A DNA stretch of 64,000 bases from Micrococcales bacterium (GTDB taxonomy: Bacteria > Actinomycetota > Actinomycetes > Actinomycetales > Microbacteriaceae), in NCBI GenBank assembly GCA_947452235.1, contig CANGBK010000004.1, positions 7,368 through 71,367 of the forward strand, in the 5' to 3' direction. Below are positions 9,007-18,230 of the stretch, one piece after another; the first letter of the stretch is position 1, and every line of letters begins with the position of its first letter. The position numbers and the translations under genes were made by a program. Under the pieces are notes generated by a model, which was not told where the DNA came from, did no database searches, and saw only the letters and a list, made by a program, of their open reading frames with translations.

Positions 9007-10275
9007 CTAGACCCTGTCATTACCGAAGGCATAGGCCTCTTCTCCGTGGACGACGGTATCAATTCCGGCAATTTCATCTTCGGCTTTGACCCTGAAACCT
9101 ATGGTCTTTTCGATGACTAGGCCAATCAAGAGAGCTAGAAGGAATGAGTACGCGAGAACGGCCCCGGCACCAACGGCTTGCTTCCACAGTTGGTCAAAGC
9201 CAGCACCGAAGGCCGCTCCAACCCCTCTACCAAAGATACCGATGTAGAGAGTTCCAACGATTCCACCAACAAGGTGAATACCAACTACGTCAAGGGAGTC
9301 ATCAAAACCAAGTGCAAACTTAAGATCGATTGCAAGAGCACACAGTGCGCCAGCGATTAGACCTAGCAGCATTCCCCACACTGGATCTAAAGCAGCACAT
9401 GCAGGAGTAATGGCGACCAGGCCGGCAACCGCTCCAGAGCCTGCACCAATAGATGTTGCCTTGCCGTGACGAATTTTCTCGACGATGACCCAACCCAGCA
9501 TTGCTGCAGCTGGTGCGGAGAGAGTATTGATGAAAGCCAGTGAAGCAACTCCGTCGGCTGCCAGTTCGCTACCTGCATTGAATCCGAACCATCCAAACCA
9601 AAGAAGTGCAACACCTAGAAGTGTTAGTGGCACGTTGTGTGGCTGGGTAATGCCCTTACTGAAACCGAAACGTTTACCTAATACAAGTGCCAAGGCAAGG
9701 CCAGCGGCACCTGCGTTAATGTGAACTGCTGTTCCACCAGCAAAGTCGATTACTCCAAGTTTGATTAGCCAACCACCATCGTGGTGATCGGCAGCAGCGC
9801 CAAAGTTGAAAACCCAACTTGCAACTGGGAAGTAAACAACAGTTACCCAAATAGTTGCAAAGATCATCCAAGCACCAAACTTAGCTCGGTCAGCGATTGC
9901 ACCGGAAATAAGAGCAACAGTAATGATGGCAAATGTTGCTTGGAATGCCACGAAAGCAAGTGTTGGGTGCGCCGCTGTGGTTGTTCCTAGAGCAGCATTT
10001 GTTTCTGCAGCAAGACCGATAGAAGCCGAGTCGAATCCGAACCAACCAGGGATTCCTACGAATGTTGGGCTGTCGGAACTTGCAAAGCTGAAAGCATATC
10101 CGTAGAGCACCCAGAGCACTCCAACTAGACCCAAAGCACCCCACGAAAGCATCATCATGCTAACCACGCTCTTAGCCTTAACCATGCCTCCATAGAAGAA
10201 AGCCAGTCCTGGTGTCATAAGCAGAACTAAGGCTGCTGAAAATAGTACGAAACCGGTGTTTCCCTGATCCATCAT
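9007..10275 (-). CDS. amt: Ammonium transporter (Amt family)
   Basis: GFVLFSAALVLLMTPGLAFFYGGMV, FAGGTAVHINAG and DDSLDVVGIHLVGG motifs. The start is refined to ATG 10275 (MMDQGNTG), preceded by GGAGG at 5-nt spacing. The track start 10329 would overlap the operator-like repeats. Confidence 0.92.
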   Translation of the reverse strand: MMDQGNTGFVLFSAALVLLMTPGLAFFYGGMVKAKSVVSMMMLSWGALGLVGVLWVLYGYAFSFASSDSPTFVGIPGWFGFDSASIGLAAETNAALGTTTAAHPTLAFVAFQATFAIITVALISGAIADRAKFGAWMIFATIWVTVVYFPVASWVFNFGAAADHHDGGWLIKLGVIDFAGGTAVHINAGAAGLALALVLGKRFGFSKGITQPHNVPLTLLGVALLWFGWFGFNAGSELAADGVASLAFINTLSAPAAAMLGWVIVEKIRHGKATSIGAGSGAVAGLVAITPACAALDPVWGMLLGLIAGALCALAIDLKFALGFDDSLDVVGIHLVGGIVGTLYIGIFGRGVGAAFGAGFDQLWKQAVGAGAVLAYSFLLALLIGLVIEKTIGFRVKAEDEIAGIDTVVHGEEAYAFGNDRV

Positions 10276-10315
10276 GTCCTCCAAAGTTTGGTTACCTACA
10301 CTTTGTGGCCTAGAT

Positions 10316-10360
10316 GTTTCGCGAAACACTCATTAATGTTTCGAGTTTGTTAAAGGTTTC
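10316..10360 (-). promoter_or_regulatory. Putative GlnR-type operator (two a-n6-b boxes) upstream of amt
   Basis: The minus strand reads GAAAC-ct-TTAAC-aaactc-GAAAC-attaat-GAGTG-tttcgc-GAAAC. Two GAAAC b-sites lie exactly 22 nt apart, each 11 nt downstream of a 5-nt a-site. This fits the actinobacterial gTnAc-n6-GaAAc-n6-GtnAC-n6-GAAAc architecture. It ends 40 nt upstream of the amt ATG. Confidence 0.45.
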
Positions 10361-11316
10361 TATCGCGAATTCATGGCGAATAGACGCGAAATGCAGCGAC
10401 GATATTTCTTTTGGTAGGCGCCTGCAACGTGATCTGCTCTAAAAATCTGATCAGGTGCGACACCTGAGAACCTAAACGAGATGCCTGCCTCGTAACACCT
10501 GTCGATAAAGCTTACAAACCTAAGGCCTTCGAACTGGTCCTGGATTTCATATAAATCTGCAACCGCTAGCTCATCGAACTGCTCTGCTACTTTTGCATAA
10601 CGAGATTGGTGAATTGAAGCAAGGAAATTCAACAATTCGCCAAATCCAGAATATAGGCGCGAGTTCGAGGTCTCAATTTCTAGTTCGTCCGGTTTCGTCG
10701 TAGCAAACTCATAGTTGGCACTTCTGTGTCGATAGTCCTCACCATCGATACGCATAATTGTGAACTTGTCTGCGACCGAGCTGATTTCACGTTGGAACCC
10801 TTCGGCTGCAAATCTTCCGGCTCCCAGAGCGTTTGGTGGAGTATTTGAAGTTGCTGCAAATGAAATGTTTTTAGCTGCAAGTTCTTTCAGCAATCGAGAC
10901 ATCATCATCGTGTCCCCCGGATCGTCTAGTTCAAATTCATCTATGCAAATCAACTCGTATTCGCTGAATTCAACTAAAGCTTGAGCGAAACCTAAATACC
11001 CGATTATGGAAGTAAAGGCAATGAATGGACCGAATAGTTTGGAGGATTTGGCGTTGTGATAGATAGAAGCCAGGAGGTGGGTTTTACCAACACCAAAACC
11101 ACCATCGAGATAAATGCCTGTAGATTGTGTCTTTCTTCCAGAAACCTTCTTGGCAAACTCTCGTCCAGCTTCGATTGCGTCTTTCTGAGATGGGTAATTG
11201 GTGTCAGGAACGTAAGAGTCAAAGGAAACTTCGCGGAATTCCTTTGGTGGAACTAGCTCAGCCATGAGTTCTGCAACAGTTATGTCAGTCTTGAGGTCTG
11301 TAACATGGAGCAACAT
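10360..11316 (-). CDS. zapE: Cell division protein ZapE / AFG1-like ATPase
   Basis: Walker A GIYLDGGFGVGKTHLL, Walker B LICIDEFELDD, and typical AFG1 family length. The start is refined to ATG 11316 (MLLHVTDL). The longest ORF reaches 11427 and would overlap the divergent rhodanese gene. Confidence 0.78.
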   Translation of the reverse strand: MLLHVTDLKTDITVAELMAELVPPKEFREVSFDSYVPDTNYPSQKDAIEAGREFAKKVSGRKTQSTGIYLDGGFGVGKTHLLASIYHNAKSSKLFGPFIAFTSIIGYLGFAQALVEFSEYELICIDEFELDDPGDTMMMSRLLKELAAKNISFAATSNTPPNALGAGRFAAEGFQREISSVADKFTIMRIDGEDYRHRSANYEFATTKPDELEIETSNSRLYSGFGELLNFLASIHQSRYAKVAEQFDELAVADLYEIQDQFEGLRFVSFIDRCYEAGISFRFSGVAPDQIFRADHVAGAYQKKYRRCISRLFAMNSR

Positions 11317-11399
11317 TGGGCTTTGCCGTTCTATTTGGCGGTAATTTTTGTAAGAATAGAGTGACCGCATAAACATTCTAAAACCCAAGGGGTAATAAG

Positions 11400-12302
11400 T
11401 TGACTTTTCCTGTAGATACGAGCCCACGCTTCAATCAATTCGCTCACGGTGAGGCTCTAGTTAGTACCGAATGGGTTGATGCCAACAAGGGTTCTAAAGG
11501 CTTAGTCATAGTTGAATGCGATGAAGACATTCTGCTTTATTCAACTGGTCACGTTCCTGGTGCTGTGAAGCTTGACTGGCACACAGAACTTAATGATCAA
11601 GTTGTTAGAGATTACTTGACCAGCGAGGACATGGCTAAGTTGCTCTCGAGTAAAGGCATTTCTCGTGAGGACACCATCGTTATCTATGGCGACAAAAGTA
11701 ACTGGTGGGCTACCTATGCATTCTGGGTCCTAAAGCTTTTCGGTCATGAAGACGTGCGAATTATGGATGGCGGAAGAGCCAAGTGGATTGCTGAAGGTAG
11801 AGAGCTTTCAAAGCAAACGCCAGAAGTTATTGAAACTAGTTACCCTGTTGTCCCCAGACAGGATGAAAAGATTCGTGCTTACAAAGAGGATGTTTTAAAG
11901 CACTTTGGTAAACCATTGATCGATGTTCGATCTCCTCAAGAATATTCAGGTGAAAGAACGCACATGCCAGACTATCCAGATGAAGGAGCACTTCGCGGAG
12001 GGCACATACCTACCGCGGCTTCTGTGCCTTGGGCTAAAGCTGTTAATGAGGACCAGACTTTCAGATCTATTGATGAACTTAACCAGATTTACAGATTAGA
12101 AGCTGGCATCAATGATGCAGCTGATGTTATTGCTTATTGTCGAATCGGCGAACGTTCTTCACATACTTGGTTTGTGTTGACTTACCTTCTGGGTATTCCA
12201 AAAGTTAGAAACTACGACGGTTCTTGGACTGAGTGGGGTTCAGCTGTTCGTGTTCCAATCGTTAAGGGAACAGAGCCTGGTTCTATCCCCCAAGGTTACT
12301 AG
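11400..12302 (+). CDS. sseA: Thiosulfate/3-mercaptopyruvate sulfurtransferase (tandem rhodanese domains)
   Basis: Two rhodanese domains with active-site loop [15 protein letters not shown] start preceded by AAGGGG at about 7 nt. Confidence 0.85.
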   Translation: MTFPVDTSPRFNQFAHGEALVSTEWVDANKGSKGLVIVECDEDILLYSTGHVPGAVKLDWHTELNDQVVRDYLTSEDMAKLLSSKGISREDTIVIYGDKSNWWATYAFWVLKLFGHEDVRIMDGGRAKWIAEGRELSKQTPEVIETSYPVVPRQDEKIRAYKEDVLKHFGKPLIDVRSPQEYSGERTHMPDYPDEGALRGGHIPTAASVPWAKAVNEDQTFRSIDELNQIYRLEAGINDAADVIAYCRIGERSSHTWFVLTYLLGIPKVRNYDGSWTEWGSAVRVPIVKGTEPGSIPQGY

Positions 12303-12736
12303 TGAGCATGAACGCTGCAGCGAAAGAAATTCTGGATACCTTCTCCGAGGTACCAGATTCTTCAAAACTTGAACTGCTTTTAGAGTTTGCTGATTCACTT
12401 CCTGAACTGCCTGAGCGATACAGCGATCACCCTGAACTGCTGGAAAGAGTTGAGGAATGCCAATCCCCTGTATATTTGTTCGTCGAGGTCGATGATCGAG
12501 TTCACATTTACTTAACTGCGCCTCAGGAAGCCCCAACAACACGAGGTTTTGCTTCAATTCTTCAACTGGCACTAGATGGTCAAACACCAAGCGCTGTTTT
12601 AGAGTTCGAAGATTCGTTTGTGAATGCACTTGGACTTACTCAACTCGTCTCTCCACTACGCATTCGTGGCATGCACGGAATGTTGAACCGGATAAAGCGA
12701 CAAACCAAAGAAAAACTTAATGCTGGTAACAGTTAG
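12302..12736 (+). CDS. sufE: SufE-like cysteine desulfuration / sulfur acceptor protein
   Basis: SufE motif EECQSPVYLF with the conserved Cys. The GTG start overlaps the rhodanese stop (TAGTG). The rhodanese-SufE pairing is conserved in actinobacteria. Confidence 0.8.
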   Translation: MSMNAAAKEILDTFSEVPDSSKLELLLEFADSLPELPERYSDHPELLERVEECQSPVYLFVEVDDRVHIYLTAPQEAPTTRGFASILQLALDGQTPSAVLEFEDSFVNALGLTQLVSPLRIRGMHGMLNRIKRQTKEKLNAGNS

Positions 12737-13382
12737 AACAACTTCTATTAGGGAGATCGAAGTTGACAGTTACGAAGACTTAGTCGATTTCTACCCCAGA
12801 TTCAAAGGCATAAGGTTCAACCACGTTCTTTCAACAAAATCTAGCGAATCAAACAGCAACGCACTCACTTCAAGCCTTGACCGATTAGCACTGAAGGCTA
12901 TCCGCAGTCAAAGTGATCTCATTATCACAACAGGCAAGACTGCTCGTGATGAGAGTCTTAGGGCTAGCAATCTTGCAGAGATGCTGATCATCACTAATGA
13001 CGAGACTCTCGATATTCCTGCAACAAGAGAAAAGGCTTCAAAGCGGGTATTGGTTACTGTTGACCATCTTCCAACTGGATCCGTTGCAGAAACTATTGGG
13101 AGTCCTGGTGAAGATCTAGTGTCTTGGTTCAGAAGTAAGTTTGGCAGCACTTACGAATCCATAGTGCTCGAATCAGGAACTGAAACAGCAAGGGTCTATG
13201 CAGAAGCTTCGCTCATAGGTGAAGTGTGTCTTACTGTTACAGGAACAAGTGTCGAGACTGTGGCCTTGGAAGTTGCTTCAGATTATATTCAGGAGCTCGG
13301 CCTTAGACCGAACTTGATTCAAACTGCTAATTCAGAGAGCACCTGGCTATTTAGATTCAAAGTGAACGAAGAAAGTCGCTAA
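12720..13382 (+). CDS. Hypothetical protein, RibD C-terminal / dihydrofolate-reductase-like fold (tentative)
   Basis: By eye, IRSQSDLIITTGKTARDESL resembles the RibD_C lRa.sDailvGagTv pattern, and SIVLESGTETARVYAEASLIGEVCLTVTG resembles the llvEGG...glvDel.l..P end. No profile search was possible. Confidence 0.45.
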   Translation: MLVTVRTTSIREIEVDSYEDLVDFYPRFKGIRFNHVLSTKSSESNSNALTSSLDRLALKAIRSQSDLIITTGKTARDESLRASNLAEMLIITNDETLDIPATREKASKRVLVTVDHLPTGSVAETIGSPGEDLVSWFRSKFGSTYESIVLESGTETARVYAEASLIGEVCLTVTGTSVETVALEVASDYIQELGLRPNLIQTANSESTWLFRFKVNEESR

Positions 13383-14409
13383 CAGCTTTTTGATACATAG
13401 CAGGGTCTTGGTTATAAAGTCTGCAGTGTTTTCCGTTGGCGAATTCAAGCAAACTCAAGTTTGCATTAGCGGCTGAGAGTTCATCAATTCGTTCCATAGA
13501 GACATAACCGTCGGTTCTTGAAAACAAAACTAAACCCGGAATATCAACGTGAAAAAGTATGGATGGTAGTTTCTCATAACCATATCCAAGAGCTCTTAGT
13601 AACTTGCTCTTGGTTAGAAGCCAAGAAACATAGTTGCCAAAATCCTCATCGAGGCCTGCAAGTGTCGCTTGAAGTCTTAGCGTGCTCGGGTAATCAATAA
13701 GGGGTGAGTCCAGAACGAAACCTGTTACTGCGTTGGCCAGTTTGCTATTGAGGAGAAACTGCCCGACAAACATAGCGCCAAGCGACCAGCCAAATAAAAC
13801 AATTTCGGAGGCACCTTGATCTAGAGCATGTTGAGCCGCTAACTCAACTTGTCGCCACTCGTTAGCACCCAGAAAAGATCTCTTCTTGCCAAGCCCGTAA
13901 GGCTTTGCGTCTGTCTCGTGCGCAAGGAATAGCTGATTAAAACCTAGATCGCTAAATTGCTTGAAGTTTCGATAAGTTTCTGCCATCGTTGCGTTTCGAC
14001 CATGAACATGAATGACCCAAGTAGAGGAGTTTTTCCTAGAGGTCAGAGCAATCGTTCCGTTAGAAAGTTTTTCCTCGGTAGCCTCAAATCCGAAGTCTTT
14101 AGGAGACTCTCCTAGCCAGCCGCTAAGCCAAACAGAATCGCCTTTCTTAGGCAGATTCCTGAAGGCCTTAACTAGTTCAAAGCTCACACTCTCTGAATCA
14201 CTACCAAGGGGCTTTACTATGGCATGACCTTCCCTTGAGTTCCAAAATAGGCTCTGTACGCCAGGAACAAGCGTGTCCGGAGACTTAGGAAGTTGCACGA
14301 TTAATTGGTTTGAATCTGGAAGCACCGCTTGGATTTTGTGTTCACCGGAAATCTTCCCACCCAAGCGTTGAAGTCTTATCGCAGCATAGATTGCTTTGAG
14401 ATAGCGCAT
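13357..14409 (-). CDS. Alpha/beta hydrolase
   Basis: Nucleophile elbow GWSLGA, plausible Asp (FSRTDGYV) and His (NGKHCR) of the triad, 350 aa. The start is uncertain (ATG 14409, or internal TTG/GTG). Confidence 0.75.
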   Translation of the reverse strand: MRYLKAIYAAIRLQRLGGKISGEHKIQAVLPDSNQLIVQLPKSPDTLVPGVQSLFWNSREGHAIVKPLGSDSESVSFELVKAFRNLPKKGDSVWLSGWLGESPKDFGFEATEEKLSNGTIALTSRKNSSTWVIHVHGRNATMAETYRNFKQFSDLGFNQLFLAHETDAKPYGLGKKRSFLGANEWRQVELAAQHALDQGASEIVLFGWSLGAMFVGQFLLNSKLANAVTGFVLDSPLIDYPSTLRLQATLAGLDEDFGNYVSWLLTKSKLLRALGYGYEKLPSILFHVDIPGLVLFSRTDGYVSMERIDELSAANANLSLLEFANGKHCRLYNQDPAMYQKAVSDFLRSL

Positions 14410-15055
14410 GAGTCCATTCTTTCAGGCGTGGATGTCCAACAACTTTGAACCTTATGGAATTAGCCTAGAACAGATGAGTTTCTATGAATTGGAAGCGGAT
14501 GTTCCCGCCGAGTTTGCAACTGCCGCATTGGGGCTAGCAGAGCCATTTTTCCGTGGCGAAATAGAAACTACTCAGATTCCAGCACCTAAAGGCATCGCAC
14601 CAACTGCCCTAGCATTTGCCGCCGAAGTGCCAAACAAGGCAGATACAGCAGATAACCGAGGCGTAGGTCGCATCGTCTTCATCCACGACCCTGAGCAGTT
14701 TGCTATTTGGGGTTCAAATTTCAGAGTGATTGCTTATGGCAAGTCACCAGTTGAAACAGACACCCACAGAGATGAAGATCCAGCTTTCTATTACTGGAAT
14801 CTTTTGATTAGAGCACTTGAAAAACACAATGTAAAGTACCTAAACGAAGCTGGCACGGTTACCAAGATGACTTCAACAGGCATGGGTTCACTAAGTAATG
14901 AAGCAGCCCACAGTGAGGTAGAACTAAGAGCTTCATGGTCTCCTACCGAAGCTGATTTTGGTAATCACTTTGCTGCTTGGCAAGACCTCATTGCCACTAT
15001 GGCTGGAAACATGCTCGAGGGCGAAGACGTTACGCCACTGGCACGGAGCAAATGA
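14408..15055 (+). CDS. DUF3000 domain-containing protein
   Basis: The GRIVFIHDP core and its position immediately upstream of RNase D and dxs match the actinobacterial DUF3000 family (Rv2680-like, from memory). The true start may be ATG 14474. Confidence 0.65.
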   Translation: MSPFFQAWMSNNFEPYGISLEQMSFYELEADVPAEFATAALGLAEPFFRGEIETTQIPAPKGIAPTALAFAAEVPNKADTADNRGVGRIVFIHDPEQFAIWGSNFRVIAYGKSPVETDTHRDEDPAFYYWNLLIRALEKHNVKYLNEAGTVTKMTSTGMGSLSNEAAHSEVELRASWSPTEADFGNHFAAWQDLIATMAGNMLEGEDVTPLARSK

Positions 15056-16314
15056 GTGAGGAAAACTCTCAAATTGAGAGCACAGCACTAGACCTTCCAA
15101 GAGCCAAGGTTCACCTAGTTGACAACAGCCACACACTTGCAATCTTCTTAGCAGCTCTTGAGAACAATACTCTTGCTCTTTCGATCGATGCTGAGAGAGC
15201 GAGCGGCTTTAGATACGGGCAGAAGGCTTACCTCATACAAATAGCCTTGCAAGGTAATTGCATTTACCTACTTGACCCAATCGCAACCTTCGACAAGGTC
15301 ATGCTAGAAAATGCAATAAGCAGAATAAATCAAACACCATGGCTTATTCATGCTGCTACTCAAGACCTAACCTGCCTAGCCGAATTTGGTTTACGCCCTT
15401 CCAAAATCTTTGACACAGAATTAGCTTGCCGGTTACTTGGCTTACCCAGGGTTTCACTAGGAACCATTACCGAGCACTATTTACAACTGAAGCTAGCTAA
15501 AGAGCATTCCGCAGTTGACTGGAGCCAAAGACCTCTTCCTCAGTCTTGGCTTGACTACGCCGCTTTAGATGTTGATGTATTAGCGGAACTGCAGGTTGCC
15601 GTCGAGAAGGATTTGATTGCAAACGAAAAACTTAACGTTGCTGAAGAGGAATTTGAGTTCTTATTAGATTTCCAAGTCAAGGAACCTAAAACCGATAGAT
15701 GGCGGGGAACAACAGGCATTCACGAATTGAAAGATTCGAGAGATCTGACCATCGTGAAGCACATGTGGGAAGCCAGAGAAGCGCTCGCTCAAGACAAAGA
15801 TATCTCCCCTGGTCGCTTAGTTCCAGATGCCTCCATCGTCGCTGCTGTAAAGGCGAAACCTAAGTCACGTTCAGAACTTTCAGCACTCAGATCATTTACT
15901 GGCAGAGCATCAAGAACTTACATTGATACTTGGTGGGATTCCTATTACAAAGGCCTTACCACAGAGAAGCCTGTTGACGTCAGACCAAAACAAACGGGTA
16001 TACCTAATCATCGGAGCTGGCCAAGTAAGTTTCCAGAAGCCAACCTAAGATTGCAGTGGTCTAAGAAGCTTCTGAATGATCTTGCAACGGTCGTGAATAT
16101 CCCACAGGAAAACATTCTTGCTCCAGAGACGCTAAAGCAACTTTGTTTCGCCCCTCCTGCACTTGATGCAGAGAGCATGAAGAAAGCACTCAGAGAGCAC
16201 AGAGCACGTAATTGGCAGATTGATTTGGTGTTACCCATACTTGTGGACGCTTTTAGGAGAACTGAGCCGGTGCCTGTTGAGCCAAAGCAGGAAGATACTA
16301 CAACTTCGAGTTAG
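15052..16314 (+). CDS. rnd: Ribonuclease D-like 3'-5' exonuclease with HRDC domain
   Basis: DEDD exonuclease motifs (SIDAERAS, LIHAATQDL, YAALDVDVL) and a C-terminal HRDC-like region. The start is refined to ATG 15052 (MSEENSQ) in an ATGA overlap with the DUF3000 stop. Confidence 0.85.
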   Translation: MSEENSQIESTALDLPRAKVHLVDNSHTLAIFLAALENNTLALSIDAERASGFRYGQKAYLIQIALQGNCIYLLDPIATFDKVMLENAISRINQTPWLIHAATQDLTCLAEFGLRPSKIFDTELACRLLGLPRVSLGTITEHYLQLKLAKEHSAVDWSQRPLPQSWLDYAALDVDVLAELQVAVEKDLIANEKLNVAEEEFEFLLDFQVKEPKTDRWRGTTGIHELKDSRDLTIVKHMWEAREALAQDKDISPGRLVPDASIVAAVKAKPKSRSELSALRSFTGRASRTYIDTWWDSYYKGLTTEKPVDVRPKQTGIPNHRSWPSKFPEANLRLQWSKKLLNDLATVVNIPQENILAPETLKQLCFAPPALDAESMKKALREHRARNWQIDLVLPILVDAFRRTEPVPVEPKQEDTTTSS

Positions 16315-18229
16315 TGTTCTTCACTTCGTTCTCTAGAGGCCTGGCTGAAGGGATCTTTGCTCCGAGTACCTGGGCCACGATCTCTTGGGTAATGGACTGA
16401 GCAGATAGTCCAATTCTGTCGAGAATTTCGTTTCTGGAGGCGTGCTCTAAGAATTCATCAGGGAGACCAAGTTCATTCAATGGCGTATCTATCTGATTGG
16501 CTCTGAGGTCTTGCCTGATTCTCGTACCAATTCCACCAACACGCACACCATCTTCAATACTGATGACGATTCTGTGGTCTCTAGCTAGATCAATTACAGT
16601 CTGACGAACTGGAACAACCCAGCGTGGATCGATTACTGTTGCTCCGATGCCGTGGGCTGAGAGAAGTTCTGCGACCTTCAGAGCAACCGGAGCCATCGCA
16701 CCAACAGCGACTAAAAGAACGTCTTTGGAAGCAGCTTCATGTAGAACGTCGACGCCATCTTTCAATCTTCTAATTTGAGGAATCTCAGTCGGTGCCGAAC
16801 CTTTAGGGAATCTGATAACTGTTGGCTTGTCTTCTATTGCTACTGCCTCAGCAAGTTCCTCTCTAAGGCGAATGGCATCACGTGGTGCAGCAATTTCAAT
16901 GCCAGGAACTATTTGTAAGAGTGCAAGGTCCCACATGCCATGATGGCTAGCACCATCAGGACCAGTAACACCGGCACGATCTAAAACAAAAGTTACACCA
17001 GCATTATGCAGGGCAACATCCATCAGAACCTGATCGAATGCTCGGTTCATGAAGGTTGCGTAAACAGCAACCACAGGATGCAATCCACCAAAAGCAAGAC
17101 CAGCCGAAGATGCAACCGCATGCTGTTCAGCAATACCGACATCGAATACTCGTGTTGGATACTTTGCGGCTAGTTTGTGTAAACCAACTGGTATCAACAT
17201 CGCTGCCGTAAGACCGATAACCTTTTCGTTCTCATCTGCAATTGAGACAATCTCATCAGCGAACACGGATGTCCAGGAAGGAGCTGAACTTGACTCTAAC
17301 GATTTACCTGTTTTCGGATCTATCTGGCCTACAGCGTGGAACTGATCGTCGATGTTGTCTTCAGCTAGTTGGAAGCCTCTACCCTTTTGAGTAATAGCGT
17401 GAACGATAACTGGAGCACCGTAACTCTTAGCCTGAGTCAGTGCCTGTTCCATGGCTTCTAGATCGTGACCATCAATAGGGCCAATATATTTCAAATCAAG
17501 GTTAGGGAACATCCCCTTAGGTGTAAATGTACCTAGAAGCCCCTTACCGGCTCCACGAAGCACAGAGTAAGCAAGTCTTCCCAGTGGGCCGAAAGCAGAG
17601 AAGAACTTCCTTGAGAATCTATAAGCCTTCTTGTATACCTCATCGGTTCTCACGTTGTTCAAGTGTCTAGCAAGACCACCAATAGTTGGAGCATAGGAAC
17701 GACCGTTGTCGTTTACAACAATCACGAGATTGCGATCGTTATCATCCGTGATGTTATTCAGAGCCTCCCAGGCCATACCACCGGTAAGAGCTCCGTCGCC
17801 GATTACAGCAACAACGGCCCTGTCTGTTTGACCAGTTAGCTTATACGCCTTAGCAATTCCATCAGCCCACGAAAGGGATGAAGAAGCGTGTGATGATTCA
17901 ACTACGTCATGTTCGGACTCAGAGCGTTGCGGGTAACCCGCAATGCCATTTTTTGTTCTGATACTTGAAAGATCTGTTCTTCCAGTAACTAGTTTGTGAA
18001 CGTAGCTTTGGTGCCCAGTATCAAAGATGATGCGATCTTTAGGTGAATCAAAAACTCTATGAATAGCCAGAGTGAGTTCAACAACACCTAGGTTCGGTCC
18101 AAGGTGGCCTCCGGTTGCTGTGATTGTTTCAACAAGGTAAGAACGAATCTCCCCCGCTAGTTCCAACATCTGGTCATTACTTAGCGACTTCAGATCTGAA
18201 GGAGATTTGATGCCACTAAGTAAAGACAT
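16298..18229 (-). CDS. dxs: 1-deoxy-D-xylulose-5-phosphate synthase
   Basis: GHLGPNLGVVELT, the GDGALTGGMAWEALN TPP-binding motif, and full-length similarity to Dxs. The start is refined to ATG 18229 (MSLLSGIKSP), 1 nt after the acn stop. Confidence 0.94.
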   Translation of the reverse strand: MSLLSGIKSPSDLKSLSNDQMLELAGEIRSYLVETITATGGHLGPNLGVVELTLAIHRVFDSPKDRIIFDTGHQSYVHKLVTGRTDLSSIRTKNGIAGYPQRSESEHDVVESSHASSSLSWADGIAKAYKLTGQTDRAVVAVIGDGALTGGMAWEALNNITDDNDRNLVIVVNDNGRSYAPTIGGLARHLNNVRTDEVYKKAYRFSRKFFSAFGPLGRLAYSVLRGAGKGLLGTFTPKGMFPNLDLKYIGPIDGHDLEAMEQALTQAKSYGAPVIVHAITQKGRGFQLAEDNIDDQFHAVGQIDPKTGKSLESSSAPSWTSVFADEIVSIADENEKVIGLTAAMLIPVGLHKLAAKYPTRVFDVGIAEQHAVASSAGLAFGGLHPVVAVYATFMNRAFDQVLMDVALHNAGVTFVLDRAGVTGPDGASHHGMWDLALLQIVPGIEIAAPRDAIRLREELAEAVAIEDKPTVIRFPKGSAPTEIPQIRRLKDGVDVLHEAASKDVLLVAVGAMAPVALKVAELLSAHGIGATVIDPRWVVPVRQTVIDLARDHRIVISIEDGVRVGGIGTRIRQDLRANQIDTPLNELGLPDEFLEHASRNEILDRIGLSAQSITQEIVAQVLGAKIPSARPLENEVKNTNSKL

Positions 18230-18230
18230 G

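Noticed and set aside
11317-11399. Short inverted repeat TCTATT...AATAGA in the zapE-rhodanese spacer
   Set aside because: The arms are only 6 bp with a 19-nt spacer in AT-rich DNA, which is indistinguishable from chance.
14407-14410. Head-to-head overlapping start codons (CATG) for the divergent hydrolase/DUF3000 pair, and again at 52346-52349 for the small protein/map pair
   Set aside because: This is probably an artefact of taking the longest ORFs. DUF3000 homologs (from memory) begin nearer the internal ATG 14474. The small acidic protein has an internal TTG (52312) just before its conserved core. I therefore cannot support true divergent start overlap, although it recurs twice and is cheap to check by N-terminal mapping.
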